This document shows, one piece after another, positions 55,994-64,000 of a DNA stretch of 64,000 bases. The first letter of the stretch is position 1. The number at the start of each line of letters is the position of its first letter. The notes beneath the pieces are model-generated. The model made no database searches. It worked only from the letters and a program-made list of their open reading frames with translations, and was not told the DNA's origin. A program made the translations under genes and the position numbers. Source of the stretch: an uncultured delta proteobacterium (GTDB lineage: Bacteria > Myxococcota > Myxococcia > SLRQ01); NCBI GenBank assembly GCA_963727485.1, contig CAVSGM010000003.1, positions 256,001 to 320,000 on the forward strand, in the 5' to 3' direction.

Positions 55994-56695
55994 ATGCCCC
56001 GCTACGACGCCGACTGGATCCGGGCCCACGCCGGCCCGATGACGCCCCGGCGGATGTCGGCGGTGCTCACCCGGGTGGCGGATCACCTGGGTCGCGGGCC
56101 CTCGACGCTCTCGGTGACCCGGGTCTCCGAGAGCCGGGACGCCTTCCACGTCCTGGTGGCCTGCCTCATCTCCCTGCGCACCCGGGACGAGGTCACCGAC
56201 GTCGCCGCCCCGCGCCTGATCGCCCGGGCGCCGACCCCGCGGGCCCTGGCGGCGTTGTCCGAGGCCGAGATCGCCCGGCTCATCCGCCCGGCGGGCTTCT
56301 ACCGTCAGAAGGCGAAGACCCTCCGGCACCTCGGCGCGGTCCTCGAGGCCGACCACCGCGGCCGGGTGCCGGACACCCTGGACGGCCTTCTGGCCCTCAA
56401 GGGCGTGGGCCGGAAGACCGCCAACCTGGTCCTCACCCTGGGTCACGGCCGGCCGGGGATCTGCGTCGACATCCACGTCCACCGGATCTCCAACCGCCTG
56501 GGCTTCGTGCGGACGAAGGCCCCCGACGACACCGAGCAGGTGCTCCGGGCGCGGCTGCCGAGGCGCTGGTGGATCCCGGTGAACGACCTGCTGGTGAGCT
56601 TCGGGCGGACGGTGTGCACCCCGCTCTCACCCCATTGCTCCACCTGTCCGGTGGCGGAGCTCTGCGGGCGGGTGGGGGTGGGACGGTCGCGGTAG
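55994..56695 (+). CDS. nth: endonuclease III
   Basis: HhH LKGVGRKTAN, VDIHVHR, C-X6-C-X2-C-X5-C. Confidence 0.92.
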   Translation: MPRYDADWIRAHAGPMTPRRMSAVLTRVADHLGRGPSTLSVTRVSESRDAFHVLVACLISLRTRDEVTDVAAPRLIARAPTPRALAALSEAEIARLIRPAGFYRQKAKTLRHLGAVLEADHRGRVPDTLDGLLALKGVGRKTANLVLTLGHGRPGICVDIHVHRISNRLGFVRTKAPDDTEQVLRARLPRRWWIPVNDLLVSFGRTVCTPLSPHCSTCPVAELCGRVGVGRSR

Positions 56696-56740
56696 GTGCG
56701 CTTTCTCCCGGGCCTCCCGGGTGATAGCCTCGAGGCAGCG

Positions 56741-56939
56741 GTGAAGCAGGGAAAGACCATTCGCGTGGAGCGAACGCGGCGACCTGGCGAGCGCCCGCGG
56801 CCGGCGACGTCGACCATGGAGGCACGCATCGACGCGGTGTGGACCTTGACCCTGCAGTGCCTCGCCTGGGGGGACGGTGACGACAGCGAGCCCCGACTTC
56901 GTCGATCTCCATACGCGCGTTCAACGGGCACGGCGTTGA
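56741..56939 (+). CDS. small hypothetical protein (~65 aa), possible antitoxin (shares the +1 indel at ~56910)
   Basis: Removing one C gives ...SEPRLRRSHTRVQRARR*; overlaps the next gene. Confidence 0.5.
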
Positions 56940-57366
56940 GTACCTGGTCGTCGGGGCCCACGCCCTGGCAGCCCATGGCTTCGTCCGGGCGACCAAGGAC
57001 CTCGACGTCTGGGTGCGGCCGAGCGAGGACAACGCCGGCCGGGTCCACGCCGCACTGCAGGCGTTCGGTGCGCCGCTCGATGACCTGACGCCCGCCGATC
57101 TGGCGACGGCGGGGACGGTGTTCCAGATCGGCGTGGATCCGGTCCGGATCGACGTCCTCACGGACATCGATGGCCTGACCTTCGAGGACGCCTGGGCCGA
57201 TCGGGTGGAGACCCGGTTCGGGGGGCAGTTCACAGCGGTGCTCTCCCGCAGAGCGCTTATCGCCAACAAGCGCGCCAGCGGCCGCCTCCAGGACCTCGCC
57301 GACGTCGAGCGCCTCGGCGCCGTTGCGGACGCCGCCGACGCCCCCGACGCCGACGCCGACGACTGA
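56877..57366 (+). CDS. nucleotidyltransferase-fold protein (DUF6036/AbiEii-like; +1 indel at ~56910)
   Basis: SPDFVDL/IRAFNGHGVEYLVVGAHALAAHG..RATKDLD; NKRASGRLQDLAD. Confidence 0.75.
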
Positions 57367-57431
57367 CGGTGCCCGCGGCCACCCCGAGCGGCGCGCCTGC
57401 CCGACGCCACCGAGGCGACTAGACTGGCCTC

Positions 57432-57752
57432 ATGGTCCCCCCTCGCCGCGCCCTGTTCCCGCTCCTCTTCGGCATCGCCCTGGCCCCGGCCGGCTGCGTC
57501 CCCTACCTGGGGCTGCCCATCCCCGACACCCCCGAGGCCCACCGGTGCGCCGACGACTGCAGCGGCGACCACGCCGCCTGCTTGAGCCCGCCGTCGCGGC
57601 CCGAGCTCCCCCAGCCCCACGCCCTGACCAAGCAGAACCGGCCCCTGCTCACCCGGGACGATGAGCAGCAGCGCAGCGAGCGCTGCGATGCGAGCTACCG
57701 GACCTGCCTCCAGGCGTGCATCGACGCCGCCGCGCCGCCGGCGAAGGACTGA
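57432..57752 (+). CDS. small Cys-rich lipoprotein
   Basis: Lipobox APAGC; CADDCSGDHAAC and CDASYRTCLQAC. Confidence 0.65.
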   Translation: MVPPRRALFPLLFGIALAPAGCVPYLGLPIPDTPEAHRCADDCSGDHAACLSPPSRPELPQPHALTKQNRPLLTRDDEQQRSERCDASYRTCLQACIDAAAPPAKD

Positions 57753-57810
57753 CACCGCGCCGCCGGCGAAGGGCTGACGCCACACCGCCGGCGAGGGACC
57801 GACGCCGGGG

Positions 57811-58212
57811 CTACGGCGTCGCGGGACGCCGGGGCGACCGCGCCAGGGCGAGGAAGAGCACCAGGGCGCCGGTGACGAACATCAGCGGCTGGAGGAGCGA
57901 GTGGTAGCCGATCATGGCCACCTGCACCGCGATCCACCCCACGAGGATGGCGCCGGCGGCGAAGGAGAGCCCGCTGGCGAAGCGCACCCGGCGCATCTGG
58001 GCCACCGCGGCGAAGAGCAGGCTCCCCCCGACCACGAAGGCCAGGAGCAGGCCGGGGACCAGGTAGCTCGCGAACGGCGAGCCCTCGAGCACCGACGGCG
58101 ACAGGCCCAGGATGCCGCCCCCAGGGGCCGCGACCAGGGCGGCCCCACCGGCGACGGCGGCGACGCCGGCGAGGACCTCGAGGATGACGAGGACGATCTG
58201 GTTTCGGCTCAT
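57811..58212 (-). CDS. small four-TM membrane protein
   Basis: LEGSPFASYLVPGLLL, WIAVQV; GGAGG RBS. Confidence 0.7.
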   Translation of the reverse strand: MSRNQIVLVILEVLAGVAAVAGGAALVAAPGGGILGLSPSVLEGSPFASYLVPGLLLAFVVGGSLLFAAVAQMRRVRFASGLSFAAGAILVGWIAVQVAMIGYHSLLQPLMFVTGALVLFLALARSPRRPATP

Positions 58213-58237
58213 GGCGACCTCCTGTGCGGCTGCGGCC

Positions 58238-59893
58238 TCAAGGCCCCGCGGCGACCGCCGCCGCCGGGGCCCGGCGCTTCGGGGCGACGTCCGGCGCGCG
58301 GGCGGCACGCCCGAGGGCCTCGGCGTCGTAGAGGGTGGGCGCGGGCCCGCGGGTCGAGAGCAGGTCGCGCACCCGGGTGCGCAGCACCGACGCCGCGGCG
58401 GCGAGCCCGGAGAACGTCGCCCCGGCGACCCCGTGACCCAGGGTGCTCGCCCCGCACATCCACAGGCCTGCCACCGGGCTCCTCACCGGCCACGCCAGCG
58501 GCCCCACCTGCAGCGCCGACTTCTCGGTGCCGTAGAGGCTCCCGGCGGTGGTGGCGACATAGTGGACGTTGGTCAGGGGCGTCCCCACGCTGCGGAACAC
58601 CACCCGATCCGCGAGGCCCGGGAGCGCCCAATCCACCCGGGCGAGCAGGGCGTCGGCGAGGGCGTCCTTGTAGGCGTCGTAGTCGGCGCCCCGGTCGTCC
58701 ACCGGCCGCCCGGCGAAGCGGGCGAAGGCCTCGTGGGAGACGAAGGCGAAGGTCTCGAGGGTGTGGCGCCCGTCGTGGCGCAGGGTCGGGTCCTTGAGGG
58801 TGGTGGCGGTGAGGAAGAAGCCCGGCGGCGGTCCCAGGCGCAGGGGATCGTCGGTGGCGGCGTAGCGGTAGAACGCCTCGAGGTCGGCGGTCTCGGACCA
58901 CCAGAGGTTCCCCGAGTCCATCCCGAACGCCCGGGGGTCCTGGTCCAGCGCCAGGAAGAGGGCGAGGCTGGAGATGGAGTAGCGCGTGGCCTTGAGCTGC
59001 GCTCGCCGCAGGGCCGGGAGCACCTCGGGGTCGAGGAGGCGGGTGAAGGTGGTGTGGGGATCGGCGTTGGAGATGACCGCGTCGGCCCGGACCTCGGTGC
59101 CGTCGCCGAGCACCACGCCCACCGCGCGCCTGCCCTCGGTGAGGATCCGGGCCACCGGGGTGCGCACCCGGATCTCACCGCCGTGGGCCTTGAGCTGCTT
59201 GATGAAGGCCTTGGGGATCGCCCGGCCTCCGCCCCGCGGGTACCAGGCGCCGTTGAAGTAGTGCGACACCACCGCCGCGTGCAGCGCGGTGGGCGCCCGG
59301 CTCGGGGGCATCCCGTGGTCGCCCCCCTGGATCTGGAGGATCGCCCGGAGGAGCGGATCGTCGACCAGCCCGCCCACCACCCGCCCCGAGGGCAGGAGGC
59401 CGTAGCGCAGCACCGTGGGGATCCGCGACGGGAGCTTGAGGAGGTCCGCGGGCCCGGAGACGTCGAAGCCGGTGTCGAGCTCGTGGCCGATGCGCTCGAC
59501 GATGTCGAGCCACCGGTCGATGCCCTTCGCCTCCCGGGGGAAGCGCGCCCGGAGGCGCTCGGCGAGGCGGTCCTTGCCCGCGGGGACGTCGAAGCGCTCG
59601 CCGGCGATGGTGAGGTGGTCGAAGCCGTCGGGGTTCAGCTCGTGGAACACCAGGTCGGCGCCGACGCCGAGGCCCTCGTAGACCTGGCGCATCCGCCCGC
59701 CCGGTCCCAGGTCGCCGATGTAGTGGACCCCGGGGCTGAAGTGGTAGCCCTCGAGGCTGAAGGAGTGGCACCAGCCCCCGGGGAGGTAGTGCTGCTCGAA
59801 GACGGTGACCCGCTTGCCTGCCCGGGCCAGCGCCAGGGCGGCGGCGAGACCGCCGGCCCCGGATCCGATGACGACGACGTCGCGATCTGCCAT
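58238..59893 (-). CDS. phytoene desaturase / retinol saturase-like FAD oxidoreductase
   Basis: IGSGAGGL, GGWCHSF, YPRGG, ISNAD, TPLT, GHGVAGA. Confidence 0.85.
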   Translation of the reverse strand: MADRDVVVIGSGAGGLAAALALARAGKRVTVFEQHYLPGGWCHSFSLEGYHFSPGVHYIGDLGPGGRMRQVYEGLGVGADLVFHELNPDGFDHLTIAGERFDVPAGKDRLAERLRARFPREAKGIDRWLDIVERIGHELDTGFDVSGPADLLKLPSRIPTVLRYGLLPSGRVVGGLVDDPLLRAILQIQGGDHGMPPSRAPTALHAAVVSHYFNGAWYPRGGGRAIPKAFIKQLKAHGGEIRVRTPVARILTEGRRAVGVVLGDGTEVRADAVISNADPHTTFTRLLDPEVLPALRRAQLKATRYSISSLALFLALDQDPRAFGMDSGNLWWSETADLEAFYRYAATDDPLRLGPPPGFFLTATTLKDPTLRHDGRHTLETFAFVSHEAFARFAGRPVDDRGADYDAYKDALADALLARVDWALPGLADRVVFRSVGTPLTNVHYVATTAGSLYGTEKSALQVGPLAWPVRSPVAGLWMCGASTLGHGVAGATFSGLAAAASVLRTRVRDLLSTRGPAPTLYDAEALGRAARAPDVAPKRRAPAAAVAAGP

Positions 59894-60013
59894 GGCACCC
59901 CCATACTAGCCACGGCGCGCGCCGTCACCGTGGGTGGAACCCCGGCGGGCACCCCGGGCCGGGCGGCGGGCGCGGGGGCTGGCGTCTCGCGGTCGCTGGG
60001 GCACAATGGCCCC

Positions 60014-60511
60014 ATGTCCCTCACCCTGCGCTTCGCCACCGCCGCCGACGCCAAGACCCTCCACCGGTTCATCGTGGACCTCGCCACCTTCGAGCGCGAG
60101 CCCGACGCGGTGGAGGCGACCCCCGAGAGCCTCGCCGCCCAGCTCGACAGCGCCCCGGCGCCCTTCCAGTGCCTCCTGGCCGAGGACGACGGCGAGGCGC
60201 TGGGCTTCGCCCTCTTCTTCCACAACTACTCCACCTGGCGCGGCCGGCCCGGCCTCTACCTCGAGGACCTCTTCGTCCCCGAGCGCCACCGGGGCCGGGG
60301 CGTCGGGAGCGCGCTGCTCACCCGGCTGGCCGCCATCGCCGTGGAGCGGGGCTGCGCCCGGATGGAGTGGGCGGTCCTCGACTGGAACGAGACCGCCATG
60401 GACTTCTACGCCGGCCTGGGCGCGGTGAAGCAGGGCGACTGGGTGATCCATCGCCTCACCGGTGAGGCCCTCGGGGCCCTGGCCGCCCGGGAGGCCGGCG
60501 ATGGATTGTGA
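60014..60511 (+). CDS. GNAT N-acetyltransferase (SSAT-like)
   Basis: NYSTWRG..GLYLEDLFV, RGRGVG, VLDWN..A..FY. Confidence 0.9.
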   Translation: MSLTLRFATAADAKTLHRFIVDLATFEREPDAVEATPESLAAQLDSAPAPFQCLLAEDDGEALGFALFFHNYSTWRGRPGLYLEDLFVPERHRGRGVGSALLTRLAAIAVERGCARMEWAVLDWNETAMDFYAGLGAVKQGDWVIHRLTGEALGALAAREAGDGL

Positions 60512-61220
60512 CGGCTTCCAGGCGCGGCTGCTCTCGGTGATGGAGCGCAAGGACCACTGGGCCTGGCCAAGGTTCACCTCGGGCCAGGTGCCGGCGGACC
60601 GGCTCCACATCCACTTCGAGCAGGAGTGGGCCACCTACGTCCGCGACTTCCCGGTGCTGGTGGGCTGGGCCTACGTGCAGTGCCCGGTGGCCGTGGTGCG
60701 CCGGGCGCTCGCCGAGAACCTCTACGAGGAGGAGACCGGGGGCCTGGCCGCGGGCCGGCCGCACCCCGAGCTCTTCCTCGAGTACCCGAAGGGCCTTCGC
60801 ATGGACCTTCGGCGCTTCGAGGACGTCACCCTGCTCCCCGGGGCGCGCGCCTACCGGGCGATCCTCGACGAGACCACGCGCCACCGGGGGTGGGCGGTGG
60901 CCACGGCGGTGACCACGATCTTCGTCGAGGGCACCCGCTACGAGCGCGGCGAGCTCGATCCCGCCGCGCCGAGGCGGCCGGAGCCGCCGCTCGCCGAGCA
61001 CCCCCTGGTGCGCCACTACGGCCTCCCCGAGGCGGCCCTGGCCCTCACCCGGGCCCACCGGGCGGTGGAGGGCGGGCACCGGGCGGCGGCCTGGGGCGCC
61101 CTCCTCGACCACGTCGACGACCGGGACCGGCCCGGGGTGATCGAGGCGATGGAGGAGGTCCTCGACGCCTGGCTCGACTACCGCGACGACGTGGCCTTGG
61201 CCTGCGGCGTCACCCGGTAG
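60501..61220 (+). CDS. heme-oxygenase-like diiron enzyme (PqqC/TenA/CADD family)
   Basis: ENLYEEETG..HPELF, FVEG, HRAVEGGH. Confidence 0.75.
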   Translation: MDCDGFQARLLSVMERKDHWAWPRFTSGQVPADRLHIHFEQEWATYVRDFPVLVGWAYVQCPVAVVRRALAENLYEEETGGLAAGRPHPELFLEYPKGLRMDLRRFEDVTLLPGARAYRAILDETTRHRGWAVATAVTTIFVEGTRYERGELDPAAPRRPEPPLAEHPLVRHYGLPEAALALTRAHRAVEGGHRAAAWGALLDHVDDRDRPGVIEAMEEVLDAWLDYRDDVALACGVTR

Positions 61221-61254
61221 GGGCGCCCGGACCGATGCGACGCGACCCGGCGGG

Positions 61255-62772
61255 CTACTCCGCCCGCGCCTGGGTCCTCGGGAGGGTGTCCAGGGTCGCC
61301 CGGGCGAAGAGGTACTCGGTGGTCCGCCGCGGGGTCTCCAGGAGGGTCTTCTGGGCGGCCTGGGCCGCCTTCCCGTTCCCCGCCTTCCGCAGGGCGATCA
61401 CCTGCCGGGCGTGGCAGAAGCTGAACTCCGGGAGGCACCGGGCGAAGTAGGCGGCGGCGCCCTGGTACTCGCTGCCGGCGAAGCGGGCCTCGCCGCGGAC
61501 GAAGTTGCTCCAGGAGGCGATCTGCGGGTCGTGGGGCGCCTGGTCGGTGAGGGCGTCGATCTCGGCGATGGTGTGGGAGGCGTCCCCGGCGTGGCGGAGG
61601 TTCGCCTGGGCGTGGGCCATCACCGCGTAGCCGAACGCCCGCAGGCGCATCCGCTCGCCCTTGGGCAGGTGGAGGACGTTGCCGGCCCGGAGGGTGGCGC
61701 GCACGGTGGTCACCGCCTTGGTGGGCGCGCCCATGGCGCTCTCAATCGCCGCCCGATCGAGGCCGGCGACCAGCTCGTGCATCGCCAGGCCCTCCCGGCG
61801 GGCGGTGATCTCCACCTGCCCGAGGAGGTGGGTGGCGGCGACATACTTGCCCTCGGCGGCGTAGACCCAGGCGAGGAAGTCGTCGATCTCCATCCGGTCG
61901 GCGTTGCGGGTGGCGGCGGTGCGGGCGCGGGCCAGGGTCTCCCGGGCGCCGGAGAAGTTGCCCCGGAGGGCCTGGGTCTGGGCGATCCCGGTCCAGGCCA
62001 GGTGGAAGCCCGGGTCGAGGGCCACCGCCTGGCGGAACGCCTGCTCGGCCTGCTCGAGGTCCCCGCTGGCCAGCAGGGCCTCACCCAGGGAGTCCTGGGG
62101 GTTCGGCTCACCGGGGGCGAGCTCGGCGTAGCGCCGGAAGGCGGCGAGGGCGCCGGCCTTGTCGCCCTGGGTGAGGTCCACGTACCCCAGGAGGTTCTGG
62201 AGGCTGCCGACCTTCGGGGCCAGGCGGGCGGCGGCCTCGAAGGCCACCTTGGCGGTGGGGAGGTCGCGCTGCCGCATCGCCGTCTCGCCGACCAGCCAGT
62301 GGGCCCGCCAGGCCCGGGGCGCGAGCCCGGCGAGGTGGGCGGCGAGCGCGTGCGCCTCCTTGAGATCGCCACGCTGCTCGGCGGCGAAGACCTCGACCAC
62401 CAGGCGCTCGGAGGCGGGCAGGGCCGCGGCGGCGCCGAGGGCCTGGTACATGAGGGTGGCGCCCTTGGGGCCCGGCGTCAGCCGCGCCAGGTACGCCTTG
62501 GCCAGGGCGAAGCCCGGATCGGTGGCGACGGCGCGCTCCAGGTGGGTCACCGCCTCGGTGTTGCGCAGGTCCTCCACCAGGGCCCGGCCGGTGAGGAACT
62601 CGGCGCGGGCGGTGGCGGACGCGGTGGTCACGGGGAGCTCGGCGACGTCGGCCGCCGGGGCCACCTGGGCCTCGGAGGGCGGCGCGGCGGCCTCGGGGTC
62701 CTGGGCGACGACGGCGCCCCCGGCGAGCAGGGCCGCGGCGGCGGCGCCGAGGAAGAACGGGGTGGCCTTCAT
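61255..62772 (-). CDS. secreted TPR-repeat protein
   Basis: Signal peptide; TTASATARAEF, NLLGY, PNPQDSLGE TPR units. Confidence 0.8.
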   Translation of the reverse strand: MKATPFFLGAAAAALLAGGAVVAQDPEAAAPPSEAQVAPAADVAELPVTTASATARAEFLTGRALVEDLRNTEAVTHLERAVATDPGFALAKAYLARLTPGPKGATLMYQALGAAAALPASERLVVEVFAAEQRGDLKEAHALAAHLAGLAPRAWRAHWLVGETAMRQRDLPTAKVAFEAAARLAPKVGSLQNLLGYVDLTQGDKAGALAAFRRYAELAPGEPNPQDSLGEALLASGDLEQAEQAFRQAVALDPGFHLAWTGIAQTQALRGNFSGARETLARARTAATRNADRMEIDDFLAWVYAAEGKYVAATHLLGQVEITARREGLAMHELVAGLDRAAIESAMGAPTKAVTTVRATLRAGNVLHLPKGERMRLRAFGYAVMAHAQANLRHAGDASHTIAEIDALTDQAPHDPQIASWSNFVRGEARFAGSEYQGAAAYFARCLPEFSFCHARQVIALRKAGNGKAAQAAQKTLLETPRRTTEYLFARATLDTLPRTQARAE

Positions 62773-62960
62773 GGAATCCTCCTTGCCAGGGCGCGCGTGC
62801 GGCGGTCCCGGCGCGGGGGAAGCTAGGTCGGGCCCCGGAGCCCTGGTAGGCGGTCGATGCCGCAGGGGAGCCGGCCCCCCCGGGGCCGATGCCCTCGACG
62901 AGGCGCCAGCGGGAGAAATATTTACTTGATTACTAAACTAAACATCCAGACCGGTCCCCG

Positions 62961-62990
62961 CTTGACGACCTCATGGGCGCGCCCCATACT
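62961..62990 (+). promoter_or_regulatory. RpoH-type promoter of moeZ
   Basis: CTTGAC-N15-CCCCATACT, close to the sigma32 consensus. Confidence 0.65.
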
Positions 62991-63011
62991 CCAGCGCACA
63001 AGGAGCGCATC

Positions 63012-64000
63012 ATGCCGACGACCGCAAATGATTTGATTGAACAAGTCAAGAAAAGCATCCAGGAGGTCGGGGTGGACGAGGTGGCCCGCCGCCTCGACGC
63101 CGGCGACGACCTGGTGGTCCTCGACATCCGAGAGCCCGACGAGGTCGCCCAGGGGCAGATCGCGGGGGCCCGGGCCGTGCCCCGGGGCTTCCTGGAGATG
63201 AAGGTGGAGAACCTGGTCCCGGACCGGGATCGCGAGGTGGTCCTCTACTGCGCCGGCGGCGTCCGGTCGGTGCTCGCCGCGAGGAGCCTCCAGGAGCTCG
63301 GCTACGGCAAGGTCAGCTCCATGGCCGGGGGCTTCGTCGCCTGGAAGCAGGCGGGGCTGCCCATCCACCGGGAGCGCGAGCTCACCGCGGACCAGCGGAT
63401 GCGCTACGCCCGCCACCTCTCCATGCCCGAGGTCGACGAGCACGGGCAGAAGAAGCTCCTCGACGCCAAGGTCCTGTGCATCGGCGCCGGGGGCCTGGGG
63501 TCGCCGGCGGCCCTCTACCTCGCCGCGGCGGGGGTGGGCACCATCGGCATCGTCGACGACGACGTGGTCGACGAGTCGAACCTCCAGCGGCAGATCCTCC
63601 ACAACACCGACCGCCTCGGCCTCCCCAAGGTCGACTCGGCGGAGCAGACCCTCACCGCGCTCAACCCCGACGTGACCGTCCGCAAGCACCAGACCCGGAT
63701 CACCTCCGGGAACGTCATGGAGATCTTCCGGGACTACGACCTCATCGTCGACGGGTCCGACAACTTCCCCACCCGCTACCTGGTCAACGACGCCTCGGTG
63801 TTCCTGGGCAAGCCGGTGGTCCACGGATCCATCTTCCGCTTCGAGGGCCAGTGCACCACCTTCTCCCCCGGGGAGGGGCCCTGCTACCGCTGCCTCTACC
63901 CCGAGCCGCCCCCGCCGGGGCTGGCGCCCTCCTGCGCCGAGGCCGGGGTCCTGGGGGTCCTCCCGGGGCTGGTGGGGAGCATGGAGGCCCTCGAGGCCAT
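63012..64000 (+). CDS. moeB: rhodanese-MoeB/ThiF fusion adenylyltransferase (MoeZ-like; runs off the window)
   Basis: DIREPDE, LYCAGGVRS; RYARH, IGAGGLGSP, SNLQRQ, PCYRC; AAGGAG RBS. Confidence 0.9.
   Translation, partial: MPTTANDLIEQVKKSIQEVGVDEVARRLDAGDDLVVLDIREPDEVAQGQIAGARAVPRGFLEMKVENLVPDRDREVVLYCAGGVRSVLAARSLQELGYGKVSSMAGGFVAWKQAGLPIHRERELTADQRMRYARHLSMPEVDEHGQKKLLDAKVLCIGAGGLGSPAALYLAAAGVGTIGIVDDDVVDESNLQRQILHNTDRLGLPKVDSAEQTLTALNPDVTVRKHQTRITSGNVMEIFRDYDLIVDGSDNFPTRYLVNDASVFLGKPVVHGSIFRFEGQCTTFSPGEGPCYRCLYPEPPPPGLAPSCAEAGVLGVLPGLVGSMEALEA

Noticed and set aside
58238..59893. Carotenoid biosynthesis cluster
   Set aside because: Lone CrtI-like oxidoreductase with no crtB, crtE or crtY nearby
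59899..59907. CCCCATACT as a fourth RpoH promoter
   Set aside because: No CTTG at the matching -35 position

Overview
A very GC-rich bacterial chromosomal segment, with gene content consistent with Myxococcota/deltaproteobacteria. It is mostly housekeeping and stress genes: mtnA end, rplU-rpmA-obgE-lolA, a peptide ABC transporter, dacB, 2-oxoacid:ferredoxin oxidoreductase, a PerR-rubrerythrin-Fe-S oxidoreductase-DUF3501 cluster, an RpoH-like sigma factor, ribA, moaA, a queD-folE-SDR-folB pterin cluster, ahcY, clpS-clpA, sodC, bioB, nth and moeZ. About a dozen short indels break conserved genes and look like long-read errors. No rRNA, tRNA or CRISPR array was seen. Most notable: (1) a REP-associated tyrosine transposase (RAYT) with a TGTCAG-N10-TAGAAT (PafBC/WYL-type) promoter, next to a modular hairpin element whose permuted homolog lies 28 kb away between ribA and a glcD-like gene; (2) an ECF sigma factor with a CBM48-bearing anti-sigma, whose putative promoter GTAACC-N13/14-CTCGTCC recurs before a secreted protein and a ~1590-aa Cys-rich IPT/TIG-kelch lipoprotein; (3) three RpoH-like promoters and two PerR-like operators readable directly from the DNA. 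All family calls come from motif recognition by eye; no searches were run.
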